The notes under the pieces: generated by a model
Told to the model about the DNA's origin: nothing
What the model saw: the letters and a program-made list of their open reading frames with translations, nothing else
The model's database searches: none
NCBI GenBank assembly: GCA_964643885.1
Contig: CAZXUI010000010.1
Location: 6,541 to 65,840, forward strand
DNA length: 59,300 nucleotides
Origin: an uncultured Planctomycetales bacterium
GTDB taxonomy: Bacteria > Planctomycetota > Phycisphaerae > UBA1845 > Fen-1342
Direction: 5' to 3'
In this document: piece by piece, positions 29,236 through 39,566 of the stretch
Layout of the letters: the number at the start of each line of letters is the position of its first letter
How positions within the stretch are numbered: the stretch's first letter is position 1
Made by a program: the position numbers and the translations under genes

Positions 29236-30972
29236 ATGAAGCTGCTCACTCTTTCCGTCGTGGCTTCGGTAATGATCCTGATACTCCGCACCGCGCCCGC
29301 CACGCCGTCCGAATCCGGCGGTACATCCCCCCCTCCGCGCGATCCGGCGATCATCCCGCAGCCGGCTCGCATCACCATCCACGACGGCCGCTTCGAGCTC
29401 GGGCCGGAGCTGGTCATTCACACCAGCGCATCGCCGGCCGCCACGCCGACGCCGACCGAGTCGCGACCGGCCGCGTCACCACCGGCGATGGATGTCGATG
29501 GCGTCGCAGCGTACCTCGCGGACTGGCTCTCACTCCGCCTCGGCCGCAAGGTCGAAGTCCGCCCCGCACCCGCATCGACCGAGGCCGGCCAATTCCTCCT
29601 GACGACCGGCGCAGCGGACGGCGACCTTGGGCCGGAGGGATACGAGCTGACCGTCAGGCCGCAGGCCGTCACGATCGCAGCTCCGACGCCGGCGGGCCTG
29701 ATGCACGGCGTGCAGACATTCCGCCAGCTCCTGCCGCCGGCGTTCGAATCGGCCGGCGGCGACGCCGGCGATACGCGCTGGTCGCTGCCCTGCGTATCGA
29801 TCTCCGACCGGCCGCGCTACGGCCACCGCGGAATGCTGCTCGATTGCGGCCGTTACTTCGTCCCGCCCGAGCGCGTCAAACGGACGATCGATCTGCTCGC
29901 CTACCACAAACTCAACGTGCTGCACTGGCACCTGACCGAAGACCAGGGCTGGCGGCTGGAGATCCGCAAGTACCCGCGGCTGACGCAGATCGGCGCCTGG
30001 CGCACGGCCACACGCGATGACGAGCAGCCGCGCACGAGCGAAGCCGACGTGCAGGCCGGCCGGGCGCCGAAGGCCGGTCTCTACGGCGGCTTCTATACGC
30101 AGGCTGACGTGCGCGAGATCGTCGCGTACGCGGCCGCGCGCGGCATCACGGTCATTCCGGAGATCGAACTGCCCGGCCATTGCGGCGCCGCCCTGGCCGC
30201 CTATCCCGAGCTGAGCTGCACCGGCGGGCCGCTGGACGTCAGCACGCGCTGGGGCGTGCACGAGGACGTCTACTGCGCGGGCAACGAGCGTGTCTTCGAG
30301 TTTCTCGAGGACGTGCTGAGCGAGGCGCTCGAGCTCTTCCCGTCGCAGTACATCCACATCGGCGGAGACGAGGTGCCCAAGACGCGCTGGCAGGCGTGCG
30401 AGAAGTGCCAGGCCCGCATGAAGGCCGAGGGCCTGACCGACGAGGCCGAATTGCAGAGCTACTTCGTCCGCCGGATCGAGCGCTTCCTCTCGCAGCGCGG
30501 CCGGCGGCTGATCGGCTGGGACGAGATTCTCGAAGGCGGCCTGCCGCCGAACGCGACCGTGCAGAGCTGGCGCGGCATGAGCGGGGCGGTCGCAGCCGCG
30601 TCGGCCGGCCACGACGTGATCAGCTCGCCGACCAGCCATTGCTATCTGGACTATCCACACTACAAGGGCGAGCCATCCTATGCGGACTGGATGGGCGTGC
30701 TCAGCCTCCGGACGGCCTACTCCTTCGAGCCGACACCGGCGGAGCTGTCACCCGAGCAGGCCCGGCACGTGCTCGGCCTTCAGGGCAATCTCTGGACCGA
30801 ATGGGCTCCGCCACGGCTGCTCGACAGCCGCATGTTCCCGCGCCTGTGCGCCCTGGCCGAAGTCGGCTGGTCGCCCAAAGATGCCCGCGACTGGGAAGAC
30901 TTCCAGCGCCGCATGCGCGAACACTACAAGCGGCTCGACGCACTGGGCGTCGCATACACGAAGGGGCAGTGA
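29236..30972 (+). CDS. Beta-N-acetylhexosaminidase, glycoside hydrolase family 20.
   Basis: Signal peptide. GH20 catalytic core HWHLTEDQGWRLEI…IPEIELPGH…HIGGDEV. Confidence 0.9.
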   Translation: MKLLTLSVVASVMILILRTAPATPSESGGTSPPPRDPAIIPQPARITIHDGRFELGPELVIHTSASPAATPTPTESRPAASPPAMDVDGVAAYLADWLSLRLGRKVEVRPAPASTEAGQFLLTTGAADGDLGPEGYELTVRPQAVTIAAPTPAGLMHGVQTFRQLLPPAFESAGGDAGDTRWSLPCVSISDRPRYGHRGMLLDCGRYFVPPERVKRTIDLLAYHKLNVLHWHLTEDQGWRLEIRKYPRLTQIGAWRTATRDDEQPRTSEADVQAGRAPKAGLYGGFYTQADVREIVAYAAARGITVIPEIELPGHCGAALAAYPELSCTGGPLDVSTRWGVHEDVYCAGNERVFEFLEDVLSEALELFPSQYIHIGGDEVPKTRWQACEKCQARMKAEGLTDEAELQSYFVRRIERFLSQRGRRLIGWDEILEGGLPPNATVQSWRGMSGAVAAASAGHDVISSPTSHCYLDYPHYKGEPSYADWMGVLSLRTAYSFEPTPAELSPEQARHVLGLQGNLWTEWAPPRLLDSRMFPRLCALAEVGWSPKDARDWEDFQRRMREHYKRLDALGVAYTKGQ

Positions 30973-31002
30973 TCAGGCCGGCGTCCCGCGCGCCCGGCGC
31001 GG

Positions 31003-32127
31003 CTACGTGCGGGCTCTCCAGACCGCCGCGACGACGCGCTCCAGCTCGCCGCGCAGTCGTTCCAGCGATCCAAGCAGCGCGAACTGGACCCGCGCCCGGG
31101 ACAGATTCTGCCCCGGCCGGCTCGTCCGGTAGTACACGTCGCCGTCGAGATAGTCACCGAGGAACCGCACGCCCTGCTCGAAGGTGATCACCCACCCGGC
31201 CGTGACGAAGTGCTCCCGCTCGGCCGTTGTCAGCACTCCGCCGGCCGCCTCGAAGTACCCCGCCGCCAGCGCCCGTACGAACGCTGGATCGACGGCGACG
31301 CATGACGGGTCCTCCGCGTCCTCTGCGGCCGGGCAGCTCATCGAGCGGATCATGTCGCCCACATCATGGAGCGACAGGCCCGGCATGACCGTATCGAGAT
31401 CGACCACGCACAGCGCCTCGCCGTTGTGCTCATCGAGCAGGACGTTGCTGAGCTTCGCGTCGTTATGCGCCACGCGGACCGGCAGCGCGCCCCGCTCGCG
31501 CAGCTCTTCGAGCACACCCGCCCGCCCGCCGCGCGTCCGCACGAAGGCGATCTCGTCGGCGATCTGCAGCGCCCGCCCGGCCCGGTCTTCGCTCACCGCC
31601 CGCTCAAAGTCGCGCACCCGCCGCTGCGTGTCGTGGAAGTGCGGAATCGTCTCGACCAACCCGGCCGCGTCGAACCCGGCCAACAGACGGTGGAACGTGC
31701 CGAACGCCCGCCCGGCCGTGTGGCAATCCTCCACGCCGCGAACAGACTCCCGCGACCGCGTTCCCTCGACGAACTGGCACAGCCGCCACGTCTCGCCGGC
31801 GGCATCGCGGGTGCACAACCCGCCGCCGCGGGCCGCGGCGAAGCGCAGCACGCGCCGCTGCCAATCCTCCGGATGCTCGCCTCGCACAACTCGAGCTAAA
31901 TAGGTCGTCACACGCTCGATGTTGCCCATCAACGCGCCCACGTCGCGAAAGACGCGCGTGTTGATCCGCTGGAGCAGGTATCGCCGCAGCCCTGCCGCAT
32001 CCCAAACCGCCACGCAGTACGACTCGTGAATGTGACCGCCCGGCCAGGGGGAGAACTCCGCCAGCTCGCCGCCCACCTCGAAGCCGGCCAGCAAGGCGGC
32101 GATCTCCTCGGCCGTCCTTATTCCCAT
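31003..32127 (-). CDS. amgK: Aminoglycoside-phosphotransferase-family sugar anomeric kinase, AmgK/NahK-like (MurNAc/GlcNAc 1-kinase candidate).
   Basis: APH-fold motifs HNDAKLSNVLLDE and VVDLDTVMPG. Start at MGIRTAEEIA overlaps the stop of the upstream nucleotidyltransferase gene. The AmgK-MurU pairing is an established association. Confidence 0.7.
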   Translation of the reverse strand: MGIRTAEEIAALLAGFEVGGELAEFSPWPGGHIHESYCVAVWDAAGLRRYLLQRINTRVFRDVGALMGNIERVTTYLARVVRGEHPEDWQRRVLRFAAARGGGLCTRDAAGETWRLCQFVEGTRSRESVRGVEDCHTAGRAFGTFHRLLAGFDAAGLVETIPHFHDTQRRVRDFERAVSEDRAGRALQIADEIAFVRTRGGRAGVLEELRERGALPVRVAHNDAKLSNVLLDEHNGEALCVVDLDTVMPGLSLHDVGDMIRSMSCPAAEDAEDPSCVAVDPAFVRALAAGYFEAAGGVLTTAEREHFVTAGWVITFEQGVRFLGDYLDGDVYYRTSRPGQNLSRARVQFALLGSLERLRGELERVVAAVWRART

Positions 32128-33083
32128 AACCGCTCCGGATACTCGCCCGCGGCCACTCGGCGGGCTAGCTCCGCCCGCACCAGCGGCAGGTCCGCAGCGT
32201 ATGTCACGCCGCACCAGCGTCCTGTCGTCGGCAACACCCGCACACGCAATTGTCCGGCCCGCAGGCCCGCCTCCACCGCCGCCGGCAGATAGAACTCCTC
32301 CTCCGCGTCGACCCCGGCGCGCGTCGCCGCTGCCACGCCGAGCTGCTCCAGAAACGCGTCGAACCCGCGCTGCAACTTCTCGAAGATGCCCGCCCGCAGC
32401 GCCCATAGATTCATCGAGACGATCTGCTCGCCCGCCAGCCGCCCTTCCGCGTCCACGATCCCGGCCAGCTCCTCCCCCCCGCCGCCGGTCGACGCGAGCC
32501 GCGCACCGCGGCCGTCCGCGACAATCCCCCGCACCTCCACGAGCCGCTCCAGCCAGCCCCCGGCCGACACGCGGCAACAGGCCCGGTTCACGGGCCCGGA
32601 CTCGCTCAATGTCTCGCGCAGCCGAAAGCCCACCAGGGCATGCTCGTCGGCCGATCCGCCCCCCTGCCGCAGGAAACCGGCCGCCAGACTGATCGCCCCA
32701 GCCCCGTAGAAGTCATCCGCGTTGGCGACGACACACGGCCCGGCCGCCTCCGACGCCGCCGCCAGAAGCGCCTGCCCGGTCCCCCACGGCCGTCGGCGAC
32801 CGGCGGGCACGGCGAATCCGGCCGGCACGTCCTCCAGCCGCTGAACCGCGAACCGCACTTCGACCCGCCGCCCGAAGGTCTCCGCCGCGCGCTGCCTGAA
32901 GTCCGCCTCCGTCTCCGGCCGGACGACGACCACGACCCGCGTCACGCCCGCCCGAATCGCGTCGAAAACCGTGTAATCGAGAATGGCCGCCCCGCCGGGG
33001 CCGACCTGCTCGAGCTGCTTGAGCCCGCCGAAGCGGCTGCCCAGACCGGCGGCGAGGATCACGAGCGACAGCGACTGCGGCAC
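32118..33083 (-). CDS. murU: Sugar-1-phosphate nucleotidyltransferase, MurU-like (MurNAc-1-P uridylyltransferase candidate).
   Basis: N-terminal LVILAAGLGSRFGGLKQL NTP-transferase motif. About 321 aa. Adjacent to and overlapping the APH-family kinase. Confidence 0.7.
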   Translation of the reverse strand: MPQSLSLVILAAGLGSRFGGLKQLEQVGPGGAAILDYTVFDAIRAGVTRVVVVVRPETEADFRQRAAETFGRRVEVRFAVQRLEDVPAGFAVPAGRRRPWGTGQALLAAASEAAGPCVVANADDFYGAGAISLAAGFLRQGGGSADEHALVGFRLRETLSESGPVNRACCRVSAGGWLERLVEVRGIVADGRGARLASTGGGGEELAGIVDAEGRLAGEQIVSMNLWALRAGIFEKLQRGFDAFLEQLGVAAATRAGVDAEEEFYLPAAVEAGLRAGQLRVRVLPTTGRWCGVTYAADLPLVRAELARRVAAGEYPERLWE

Positions 33084-33209
33084 GATTCACCCGTCAGCGC
33101 CCGCGGCCGGGGCGATTCCGCGACGGCCGCCCCTGCTGCAAGACGCGCCGCCGATGATATCATGCCCGATTCAGCGAACGTAGCGACACGACCCGTTAGG
33201 AGACTCGCG

Positions 33210-34583
33210 ATGCCGCTCGGAATCCCGGAGACACCCAACCGCCGCGAACTGATCAAGCTGGGAGCGCTGGCCGGCCTGGCCGCCGCCCTGCCGCGCTCGC
33301 AGCCCGCCCGAGCCGAAGCGGCCGCCGCGCAGCTCTCGACGCCCGCCCCGGCTGAGCGCTTCGCCGCCCCGCCGCTGGAGCGCGTCCGCATGGCCTTCGT
33401 CGGCGTCGGCGGCATGGGCACGCATCACCTGAGCACGTTTCTCAAGCTCGACGGCGTCGAGGTCAAGGCGGTCTGCGACATCGTCGAAGCCCACGCGACC
33501 CGCGCGGCCGACATGGTCGAGCAGGCCGGCCAGCCGCGGCCGACGCTCTACACCCGCGGCGAGCGCGACTTCGAGCGTCTGTGCGAGACGGAGGATGTCG
33601 ACCTCGTCTTCACGGCCACGCCCTGGGAGTGGCACGTGCCGGTCTGCGTGGCCGCGATGAAAAGCGGCAAGCACGCCGCCACGGAAGTCCCGGCCGCGTA
33701 CACGATCGACGGCTGCTGGGAGCTCGTCGAGCACGCGGAGAAGCACCGCAAACACTGCGTGATGATGGAGAACTGCTGCTATGACCGGCCGGAGCTGCTC
33801 TCCCTCAACCTCGTTCGCAAGGGGCTGCTGGGCGAGGTGCTGCACGGCGAGTGCGGCTACCTGCACGACCTGCGCGGCGTCAAGTTCTCGACCAGCGGCG
33901 AGGGGCTCTGGCGGCGCGAGCACTCCATCAAGCGCAACGGCAATCTCTACCCCACGCACGGCATCGGCCCGGTCGCGCAGTGCATGAACATCAACCGCGG
34001 CGACCAGTTCGACTACCTCGTCTCGATGAGCGGACCGTCGCGCGGACTCCAGCTCTGGAGGCAGCAGCACCTGGCCGGGGACGACCCGCGCCGCAACGAA
34101 GTCTACGCCCTTGGCGATATCAACGTGACGCTGATCCGGACCAAGCTCGGCCGCACGATCTATCTCGTTCACGATACGAACCTGCCGCGGCCCTACAGCC
34201 GCATCCACATCATCCAGGGCACGCGCGGCATCTTCGAGCGCTGGCCCGAGCGCGTCCACATCGAGGACCGCAGCCCCGGCCACGAGTGGGAAACGCTCGA
34301 CAAGTACTACGAGGAGTTCGAGCATCCCTTATGGAAGTCGGAGGCGGTCAGGAAGGCCAGCGGCGGCCACGGCGGGATGGATTTTCTCGAGGATTACCGC
34401 CTGATCCAGTGCCTGCGCCGCGGCGAGCCGACCGACATGGACGTCTACGACGCGGCCGCGTGGAGCGTCATCTGCGGGTTGACCGAAAAGAGCGTCGCCA
34501 AGCGCAGCGCCGCGATCGACTTCCCGGATTTCACCCGCGGCCGCTGGCAGAGCTGGCAGCCGCTCGAGATCGTCGAGGCCTGA
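33210..34583 (+). CDS. Gfo/Idh/MocA-family NAD-dependent oxidoreductase with a TAT signal, possibly a GH109-like glycosidase.
   Basis: TAT motif NRRELIKLGALAGLAAA. Rossmann MAFVGVGGMG. About 457 aa. AGGAG RBS. Confidence 0.75.
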   Translation: MPLGIPETPNRRELIKLGALAGLAAALPRSQPARAEAAAAQLSTPAPAERFAAPPLERVRMAFVGVGGMGTHHLSTFLKLDGVEVKAVCDIVEAHATRAADMVEQAGQPRPTLYTRGERDFERLCETEDVDLVFTATPWEWHVPVCVAAMKSGKHAATEVPAAYTIDGCWELVEHAEKHRKHCVMMENCCYDRPELLSLNLVRKGLLGEVLHGECGYLHDLRGVKFSTSGEGLWRREHSIKRNGNLYPTHGIGPVAQCMNINRGDQFDYLVSMSGPSRGLQLWRQQHLAGDDPRRNEVYALGDINVTLIRTKLGRTIYLVHDTNLPRPYSRIHIIQGTRGIFERWPERVHIEDRSPGHEWETLDKYYEEFEHPLWKSEAVRKASGGHGGMDFLEDYRLIQCLRRGEPTDMDVYDAAAWSVICGLTEKSVAKRSAAIDFPDFTRGRWQSWQPLEIVEA

Positions 34584-34594
34584 CGCGGCCGGCC

Positions 34595-35278
34595 ATGGAC
34601 GCCCCCGAAAGCACATGCTGGACGATGATCCGCGCCGCCGCCCGGGGCGAAGCGCGGGCGGCGGACGCATTCGCCGCAGCCTACGGCACGGCGATCCGCG
34701 CGTACCTGCTGGCCCGCTGGGGCCGCACACCGATGAGTCAGGAGATCGACGACGCGGCCCAGGAGGTCTTCGTCGAGTGCTTTCGGGAGGGCGGCGCGCT
34801 GGGCAAGGTGGATTCGCAGCGAGGCGGCGGCTTCCGCGCGTTTCTCTATGGTGTGGCCCGCAACGTCGCCCTGCGCTGCGAAGCGCGCCGGGCCCGAAAT
34901 CGCGAGAATCAGGCGCCCACGACATTCGGCGACGGGCACTCCGTCGATGAGGCGCGGCTTTCGGCCGTCTTCGACGCGGCCTGGGCGCGCGGAATCATGC
35001 GCCAGGCGGCGGCGCGCATGGCGGAGCTGGCCGCGTCGCGCGGCGAGGAGGCGCAGCGCCGCGTCGAGCTGCTGCGGCTGCGCTTCTATGACGACTTGCC
35101 GATCCGTGAGATCGCCCGCCGCTGGCAGCTCGAGGCCGAGCATGTGCACCGGCAGTACGCCCGTGCCCGGGCGGAGTTTCGTGCCGCCCTGCTGGCGGTC
35201 ATCGCCGAGAACGGCGCACCCGGCTGCGCCGCGGCCGAAGCCGAATGCGCGGAGCTGCTCGCGATTCTCGCGGACTGA
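34595..35278 (+). CDS. ECF-type RNA polymerase sigma factor (sigma-70 regions 2 and 4).
   Basis: About 227 aa. Region 2 is EIDDAAQEVFVECF. A region-4 HTH is present (LLRLRFYDDLPIREIARRW). Start from the ORF-track frame (M249 of ORF 33851..35278). Confidence 0.75.
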   Translation: MDAPESTCWTMIRAAARGEARAADAFAAAYGTAIRAYLLARWGRTPMSQEIDDAAQEVFVECFREGGALGKVDSQRGGGFRAFLYGVARNVALRCEARRARNRENQAPTTFGDGHSVDEARLSAVFDAAWARGIMRQAAARMAELAASRGEEAQRRVELLRLRFYDDLPIREIARRWQLEAEHVHRQYARARAEFRAALLAVIAENGAPGCAAAEAECAELLAILAD

Positions 35279-35329
35279 CGCCGCGCCGAGGTAGTACGCG
35301 CGTCTCGCCCGTCCTGGCCCCTCGTGCAA

Positions 35330-35520
35330 CCGCTGCTCCGAAAGTGGGGGACCGGTCCGCTCCGACAATGGGGGACCGGTCCGCTCCGACAATGGGGGAC
35401 CGGTCTCTGACCGGTCACTGGGCGACAGGTCTCCGACCTGTCGCGCTCTTGCCCGTCAGGGCTGACGACCCTAGCCGGTGGCTTGAAGCCACCCGAGAGG
35501 TCGTCCTCTCACGTCGTCCG
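35330..35520. repeat. Inverted copy of the 130-365 structured element: 24-bp tandem array (ggaccggtccgctccgacaatggg, x2.5) followed by the reverse complement of the three-hairpin region.
   Basis: The reverse complement of 35400-35520 matches 140-270 almost base for base, including the three hairpins. GACCGGTC palindromes are present. Confidence 0.8.
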
Positions 35521-35941
35521 TGGGGCCGTCGACTCGGATCACAGCACAAAAGGGCCAAACCCGCACCACATTCTCATTCAAGATGGCGAACGGTCCGATC
35601 GTGTGGTCCTGGTGCGTGAAAGGATTCTCGCACCAGCGGAACCTCGCACCTCGGCCCGCATCGGCATCTCGCCATCGCGACCCGCCCCGCCTCACGCCCC
35701 GTCCCTCCCATTCTTCCCACCCACCGCGCGAAAACGCCTCCCCGCGTGAACCTGTCTCAGCCCGCCCGCCGGTCGCGTCCACGCCCCCACCCGGGCCGCG
35801 GGTATCATGCGGCCGGTCCGCCGGGCCGCGAACCGGCCGAGCGCAAGTGGCCTTCGGAGCCCTCGTATGACCCCCAGTTCGTCTTCCGGCAACCCGCCCG
35901 CGCAGCCCGTCGCCCCACCCGCGGCTCGGAGAAAACCACGC

Positions 35942-36475
35942 ATGCTCACCTGGATTCTCATCCTCGTCGGCGGCATCGTCGCCATCCCCGTCCTCGCCGC
36001 CATCATCGGCTTTCTCCTGCCGGCCGACTTCGCCGGCGGCGCCGAGCTGGTCATCGCAGCCCCGCCGGAGACCGTCTGGACCGCCCTGACGGATGTCGAA
36101 AAGCACCCCTTCGCCGGCGCTCAGGCCCGCCGCGTCAACCGCATGCCCGACGAAGGCGGCCTGCCCGTCTGGCAGGAAGACCTGGGACAGACGGTCATCA
36201 CCGCCCGCGTCGTCGAGCTCGAGCCCAACCGCCGCCGCGTCGTCGAGGCCACCGACTCCGTCGTCCCGATCTCCATCCGCTCCGTCTGCGAGCTGACGGC
36301 CGTACCCGAAGGCACGCGTTTGCGAATCGAGAACCGCGGCCGCATCGAGCGCGGCACGTGGCACGTCCCCTTTTTCCGCTTCATGATGCACGTGCTCAAC
36401 GGCAAGAACGCCGCACCCACAGACTACATCCGCCGCATCAAGCTCGCCGCCGAGGGCCAGGCGGCGACGCGCTGA
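35942..36475 (+). CDS. Membrane-anchored SRPBCC (Bet v1/START-like) domain protein.
   Basis: N-terminal [28 protein letters not shown], then a domain with SRPBCC-like spacing. The start could also be the upstream ATG at 35867. Confidence 0.5.
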   Translation: MLTWILILVGGIVAIPVLAAIIGFLLPADFAGGAELVIAAPPETVWTALTDVEKHPFAGAQARRVNRMPDEGGLPVWQEDLGQTVITARVVELEPNRRRVVEATDSVVPISIRSVCELTAVPEGTRLRIENRGRIERGTWHVPFFRFMMHVLNGKNAAPTDYIRRIKLAAEGQAATR

Positions 36476-36506
36476 CCAGCGAGCCGTCCGCCGCGCGGAG
36501 ACCGGT

Positions 36507-39047
36507 ATGAATCCGCCTCACCACAATCACGACTCGCTCCCCGACGACGACCCGCGGCTCAACGCCGCGCTGCGGGCCGCTTTCGGCCCCGCAACCACAA
36601 TCAACGGCGCCGCCGCCCACAGCGTCCTGGCCACGCTCGACCGCACCGTAGCCCCCTGCCATCGAATCCTGCTCCGCGACACGGCCGACGAGGCCGCGAC
36701 GATCATCCGCCCATCCGGCCGCTGCGAATCGCGCCCGGCCGCCGTCGGCCGTTATCAGATCGTCGGGGAGATCGCCCGGGGCGGGGTCGGTGTCGTTCTC
36801 AAGAGCCGCGATGTGGACCTGGGGCGAGACGTGGCGATGAAGGTGCTTCGCCCCGATCTGGCCCACAGCGGCAGCATGGTGCAGCGTTTCATCGAGGAGG
36901 CGCAGATCGCCGGCCAGCTTCAGCACCCCGGGATTCTGCCCGTCTACGAGCTGGGCCTCAGCGACGACCGCCGCCCCTACTTCACCATGCGGCTCGTGCG
37001 CGGCTCGACACTCTCCACGCTTCTGGCCGAGCGCCCGGACGCGACGCACGACCGCACTCGCCTGATCGACATCTTCGCCAGCGTCTGCCAGGCCGTCGCC
37101 TATGCTCACGCCAAAGGCGTGATTCACCGCGATCTTAAACCGTCGAACGTGCTCGTCGGCTCGTTCGGCGAGGTGCAGGTCGTCGACTGGGGGCTGGCGA
37201 AGGTGATCCCCCGCGGCGGGCTGGCCGACGACGTGGACGCGGATGATACGGTGATCGAGACCGTCCGCTCGGGCGAGGGCGGCACGGCCTCGCTGGTCGG
37301 CTCGGTGATGGGCACTCCGGCCTACATGTCGCCCGAGCAGGCCCGCGGCGAAGTCCGCACGCTCGACGAGCGCTCGGATGTCTTCTCGCTCGGGGCGATC
37401 CTCTGCGAAATACTCACCGGCCAGCCGCCTTACACCGGCGCGCGCGAGGCGGCGCTCGCACTCGCCGCGCGGGGCGATACCTCCGCGGCCCGTGCCCGGC
37501 TGGCCGGCTGCCACGCCGATCCCGAGCTCATCGACCTGACAGGCCGCTGTCTGGCGCCCGAAGTCTCCCATCGGCCGCGCGACGCCGGGGCCGTCGCCCG
37601 CGAGATCACGGCCTACCAGGAATCGCTCGCCGAGCGCGCCCGCCAGCTCGAGATCACCGCCGCGCGGGCCGCAGAACAGGCCGCCGGAGAGCGCCGCGCC
37701 CGCCGCCTGACCGTCGCGCTGGCCACGACGATCGTCGCGGCCATCGTGCTCATCGGCGGCGGCTCGATCTGGGTCCAGCAGGCTCGCCAGGCCCGCGTCA
37801 CGCAGAACACCAGCCTGCTCGAGCAGGCCGTGCAGAGCACATCGCTGGCCCTCGGACGGGCCCAGGCCGCGCCGCCCGGCCAGTCCGCTCCGTGGACCGA
37901 AGCGCTCTCCGCCGCCGCCCGGATCGAGCAACTGCTTGCGGCCGGCGAAGTCGCCGACGACGCTCGCGGCCGCGCCGTGTCGCTGCTGGCCGAGGTCGAT
38001 CTTGCCAACCGCGACCGGCAACTGATCGACCGCATCGAGGACGTCGTCATCGTCGGCGCAACGCACGAGGACGCCGAGAGCTGGCTCTGGATGGCCGAAA
38101 CGCTGCTGAAAACCTTTCGCGAGTACGGCATCGACATCGAGCGGCTCGCCCCGGATGAGGTCGCCGAGCGAATCCGCACGAGCCGACTCTCGCAGCAGCT
38201 CACCGACGGCCTGGAGCTCTGGATCGCCACGGAGTTTCACCTGCACGGTCTGAACGCCGGCCGCATCCCGGTCCCCGAGCTGCTCGGGAAAGTCGAGCTG
38301 CTCTACGCCGCCGACACGGACGAATTTCGTACAGCGCTGCGCAGGCTCATCTACACCGGCCGGCCGGACCTCGACGAGGTCCGCAAGCTCGAGCAGCGGG
38401 CGGACTTCGAGAACATGTCACCGCGGACGCTCTCCTGGCTCGCCACGGCCTACGGCATGAGCGGCGACATCGACGGCGCCGCGCGCGTCTTCCGCCGCGC
38501 CTTGTTGACCTATCCCTATGACTTCATGCTCAATTTCGACTTCGCCTATCACCTCGTCCCGGCCGGCCGCTGGCACGAGGCCATCCGCTGCTACGACCGT
38601 GCGATCGCGATCCGCCCGGCCAGCGGCGGGGCCTGGCGCGGCCTGGGCAACGCCCTGCGGCAGATCGACGACCTGCCCGGGGCGATGGACGCCCTGCACC
38701 AGTCCGTTCGTTTTCAGCCGGATCACGCCCCCACCTACGTCGACCTCGCGGCCGCACTCCGCTCCGCCGGGCGGCTGGACGAAGCGCTTGCCGCTGTCGA
38801 GCAGGCAGTCCACCTCGACGCCGAGCTCGCGCTGGCCTACTGCGAGCGGGGTCACATCCTGCGGGCGCTCGGCCGACTCGACGAAGCGCTGACCGCGTTC
38901 GAGCGCTGCCACGAGCTCGGCATCCGCCGCGCCGATTGGCGCGCGCCCTCGGCCGAGTGGCTGGAGGAGTGCCGCCGCGAGCTTTTTGAAGCCGCCGATC
39001 CAGCCGACAATACGCCCGCCGGCTGTCCTGATGACCCGAAGGAGTGA
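36507..39047 (+). CDS. Serine/threonine protein kinase with C-terminal TPR repeats.
   Basis: Kinase motifs GxGxxG (IARGGVGVV), [19 protein letters not shown] and APE. A TM segment and then TPR-like repeats in the C-terminal half. Confidence 0.9.
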   Translation: MNPPHHNHDSLPDDDPRLNAALRAAFGPATTINGAAAHSVLATLDRTVAPCHRILLRDTADEAATIIRPSGRCESRPAAVGRYQIVGEIARGGVGVVLKSRDVDLGRDVAMKVLRPDLAHSGSMVQRFIEEAQIAGQLQHPGILPVYELGLSDDRRPYFTMRLVRGSTLSTLLAERPDATHDRTRLIDIFASVCQAVAYAHAKGVIHRDLKPSNVLVGSFGEVQVVDWGLAKVIPRGGLADDVDADDTVIETVRSGEGGTASLVGSVMGTPAYMSPEQARGEVRTLDERSDVFSLGAILCEILTGQPPYTGAREAALALAARGDTSAARARLAGCHADPELIDLTGRCLAPEVSHRPRDAGAVAREITAYQESLAERARQLEITAARAAEQAAGERRARRLTVALATTIVAAIVLIGGGSIWVQQARQARVTQNTSLLEQAVQSTSLALGRAQAAPPGQSAPWTEALSAAARIEQLLAAGEVADDARGRAVSLLAEVDLANRDRQLIDRIEDVVIVGATHEDAESWLWMAETLLKTFREYGIDIERLAPDEVAERIRTSRLSQQLTDGLELWIATEFHLHGLNAGRIPVPELLGKVELLYAADTDEFRTALRRLIYTGRPDLDEVRKLEQRADFENMSPRTLSWLATAYGMSGDIDGAARVFRRALLTYPYDFMLNFDFAYHLVPAGRWHEAIRCYDRAIAIRPASGGAWRGLGNALRQIDDLPGAMDALHQSVRFQPDHAPTYVDLAAALRSAGRLDEALAAVEQAVHLDAELALAYCERGHILRALGRLDEALTAFERCHELGIRRADWRAPSAEWLEECRRELFEAADPADNTPAGCPDDPKE

Positions 39048-39053
39048 GCGCCG

Positions 39054-39491
39054 ATGCCCGGCTTCCGCACCAGCGAATTCATCCAGCGCCCCCGCGAGCA
39101 GGTCTTCGACTTCGCCGCCGACCCGCGCAACGCCCCCAAGTGGCTCACCGGCGTGCAGAAGATCGAACTGCTGACCGACGGACCCATCCGCGCCGGAACG
39201 CGCTTTCGCGAGACGCGGGTCATCAACAAGCGCGAGGCGGCGGCCGAGATCGAGGTCGTCGAGCACGAGCGGCCACGTGTTCACGCGGCCGGAGCGAAGT
39301 TCCCCGGCGGCTCGGCGGTCTATCGCTACGAATTCCACGCCGAGGGCAGCGGCACCCGCGTCGAGCTCGTCGCGGAGGTGCGCGGCAAGGGGCTCGGCTG
39401 GCTGATGGCCCCGCTGATGGCCACCGTCATGAAGAAGATGGACGGCGACCAGCTCCAGCGGCTCAAGGCCGCGATCGAATCCGAGACATAG
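39054..39491 (+). CDS. SRPBCC-family (polyketide cyclase/dehydrase-like) small protein.
   Basis: 145 aa. Typical SRPBCC length and pattern (FDFAADPRNAPKW…). Confidence 0.6.
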   Translation: MPGFRTSEFIQRPREQVFDFAADPRNAPKWLTGVQKIELLTDGPIRAGTRFRETRVINKREAAAEIEVVEHERPRVHAAGAKFPGGSAVYRYEFHAEGSGTRVELVAEVRGKGLGWLMAPLMATVMKKMDGDQLQRLKAAIESET

Positions 39492-39566
39492 CCCCCCGCC
39501 GCGCCGATCGGCAACGGCCGCCGCGGTGAGAGCCGCTGTCGCGGCGCGCCTGCCTGCCGCGCAGCC

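Noticed and set aside
33851-35278. Tool ORF 33851..35278 as one 475-aa protein.
   Set aside because: The first 248 codons are an out-of-frame read-through of the Gfo/Idh/MocA gene and translate as Arg/Pro-rich junk. The recognisable ECF sigma (regions 2 and 4) starts at the internal Met (MDAPESTCW), about 34595 by the track frame.
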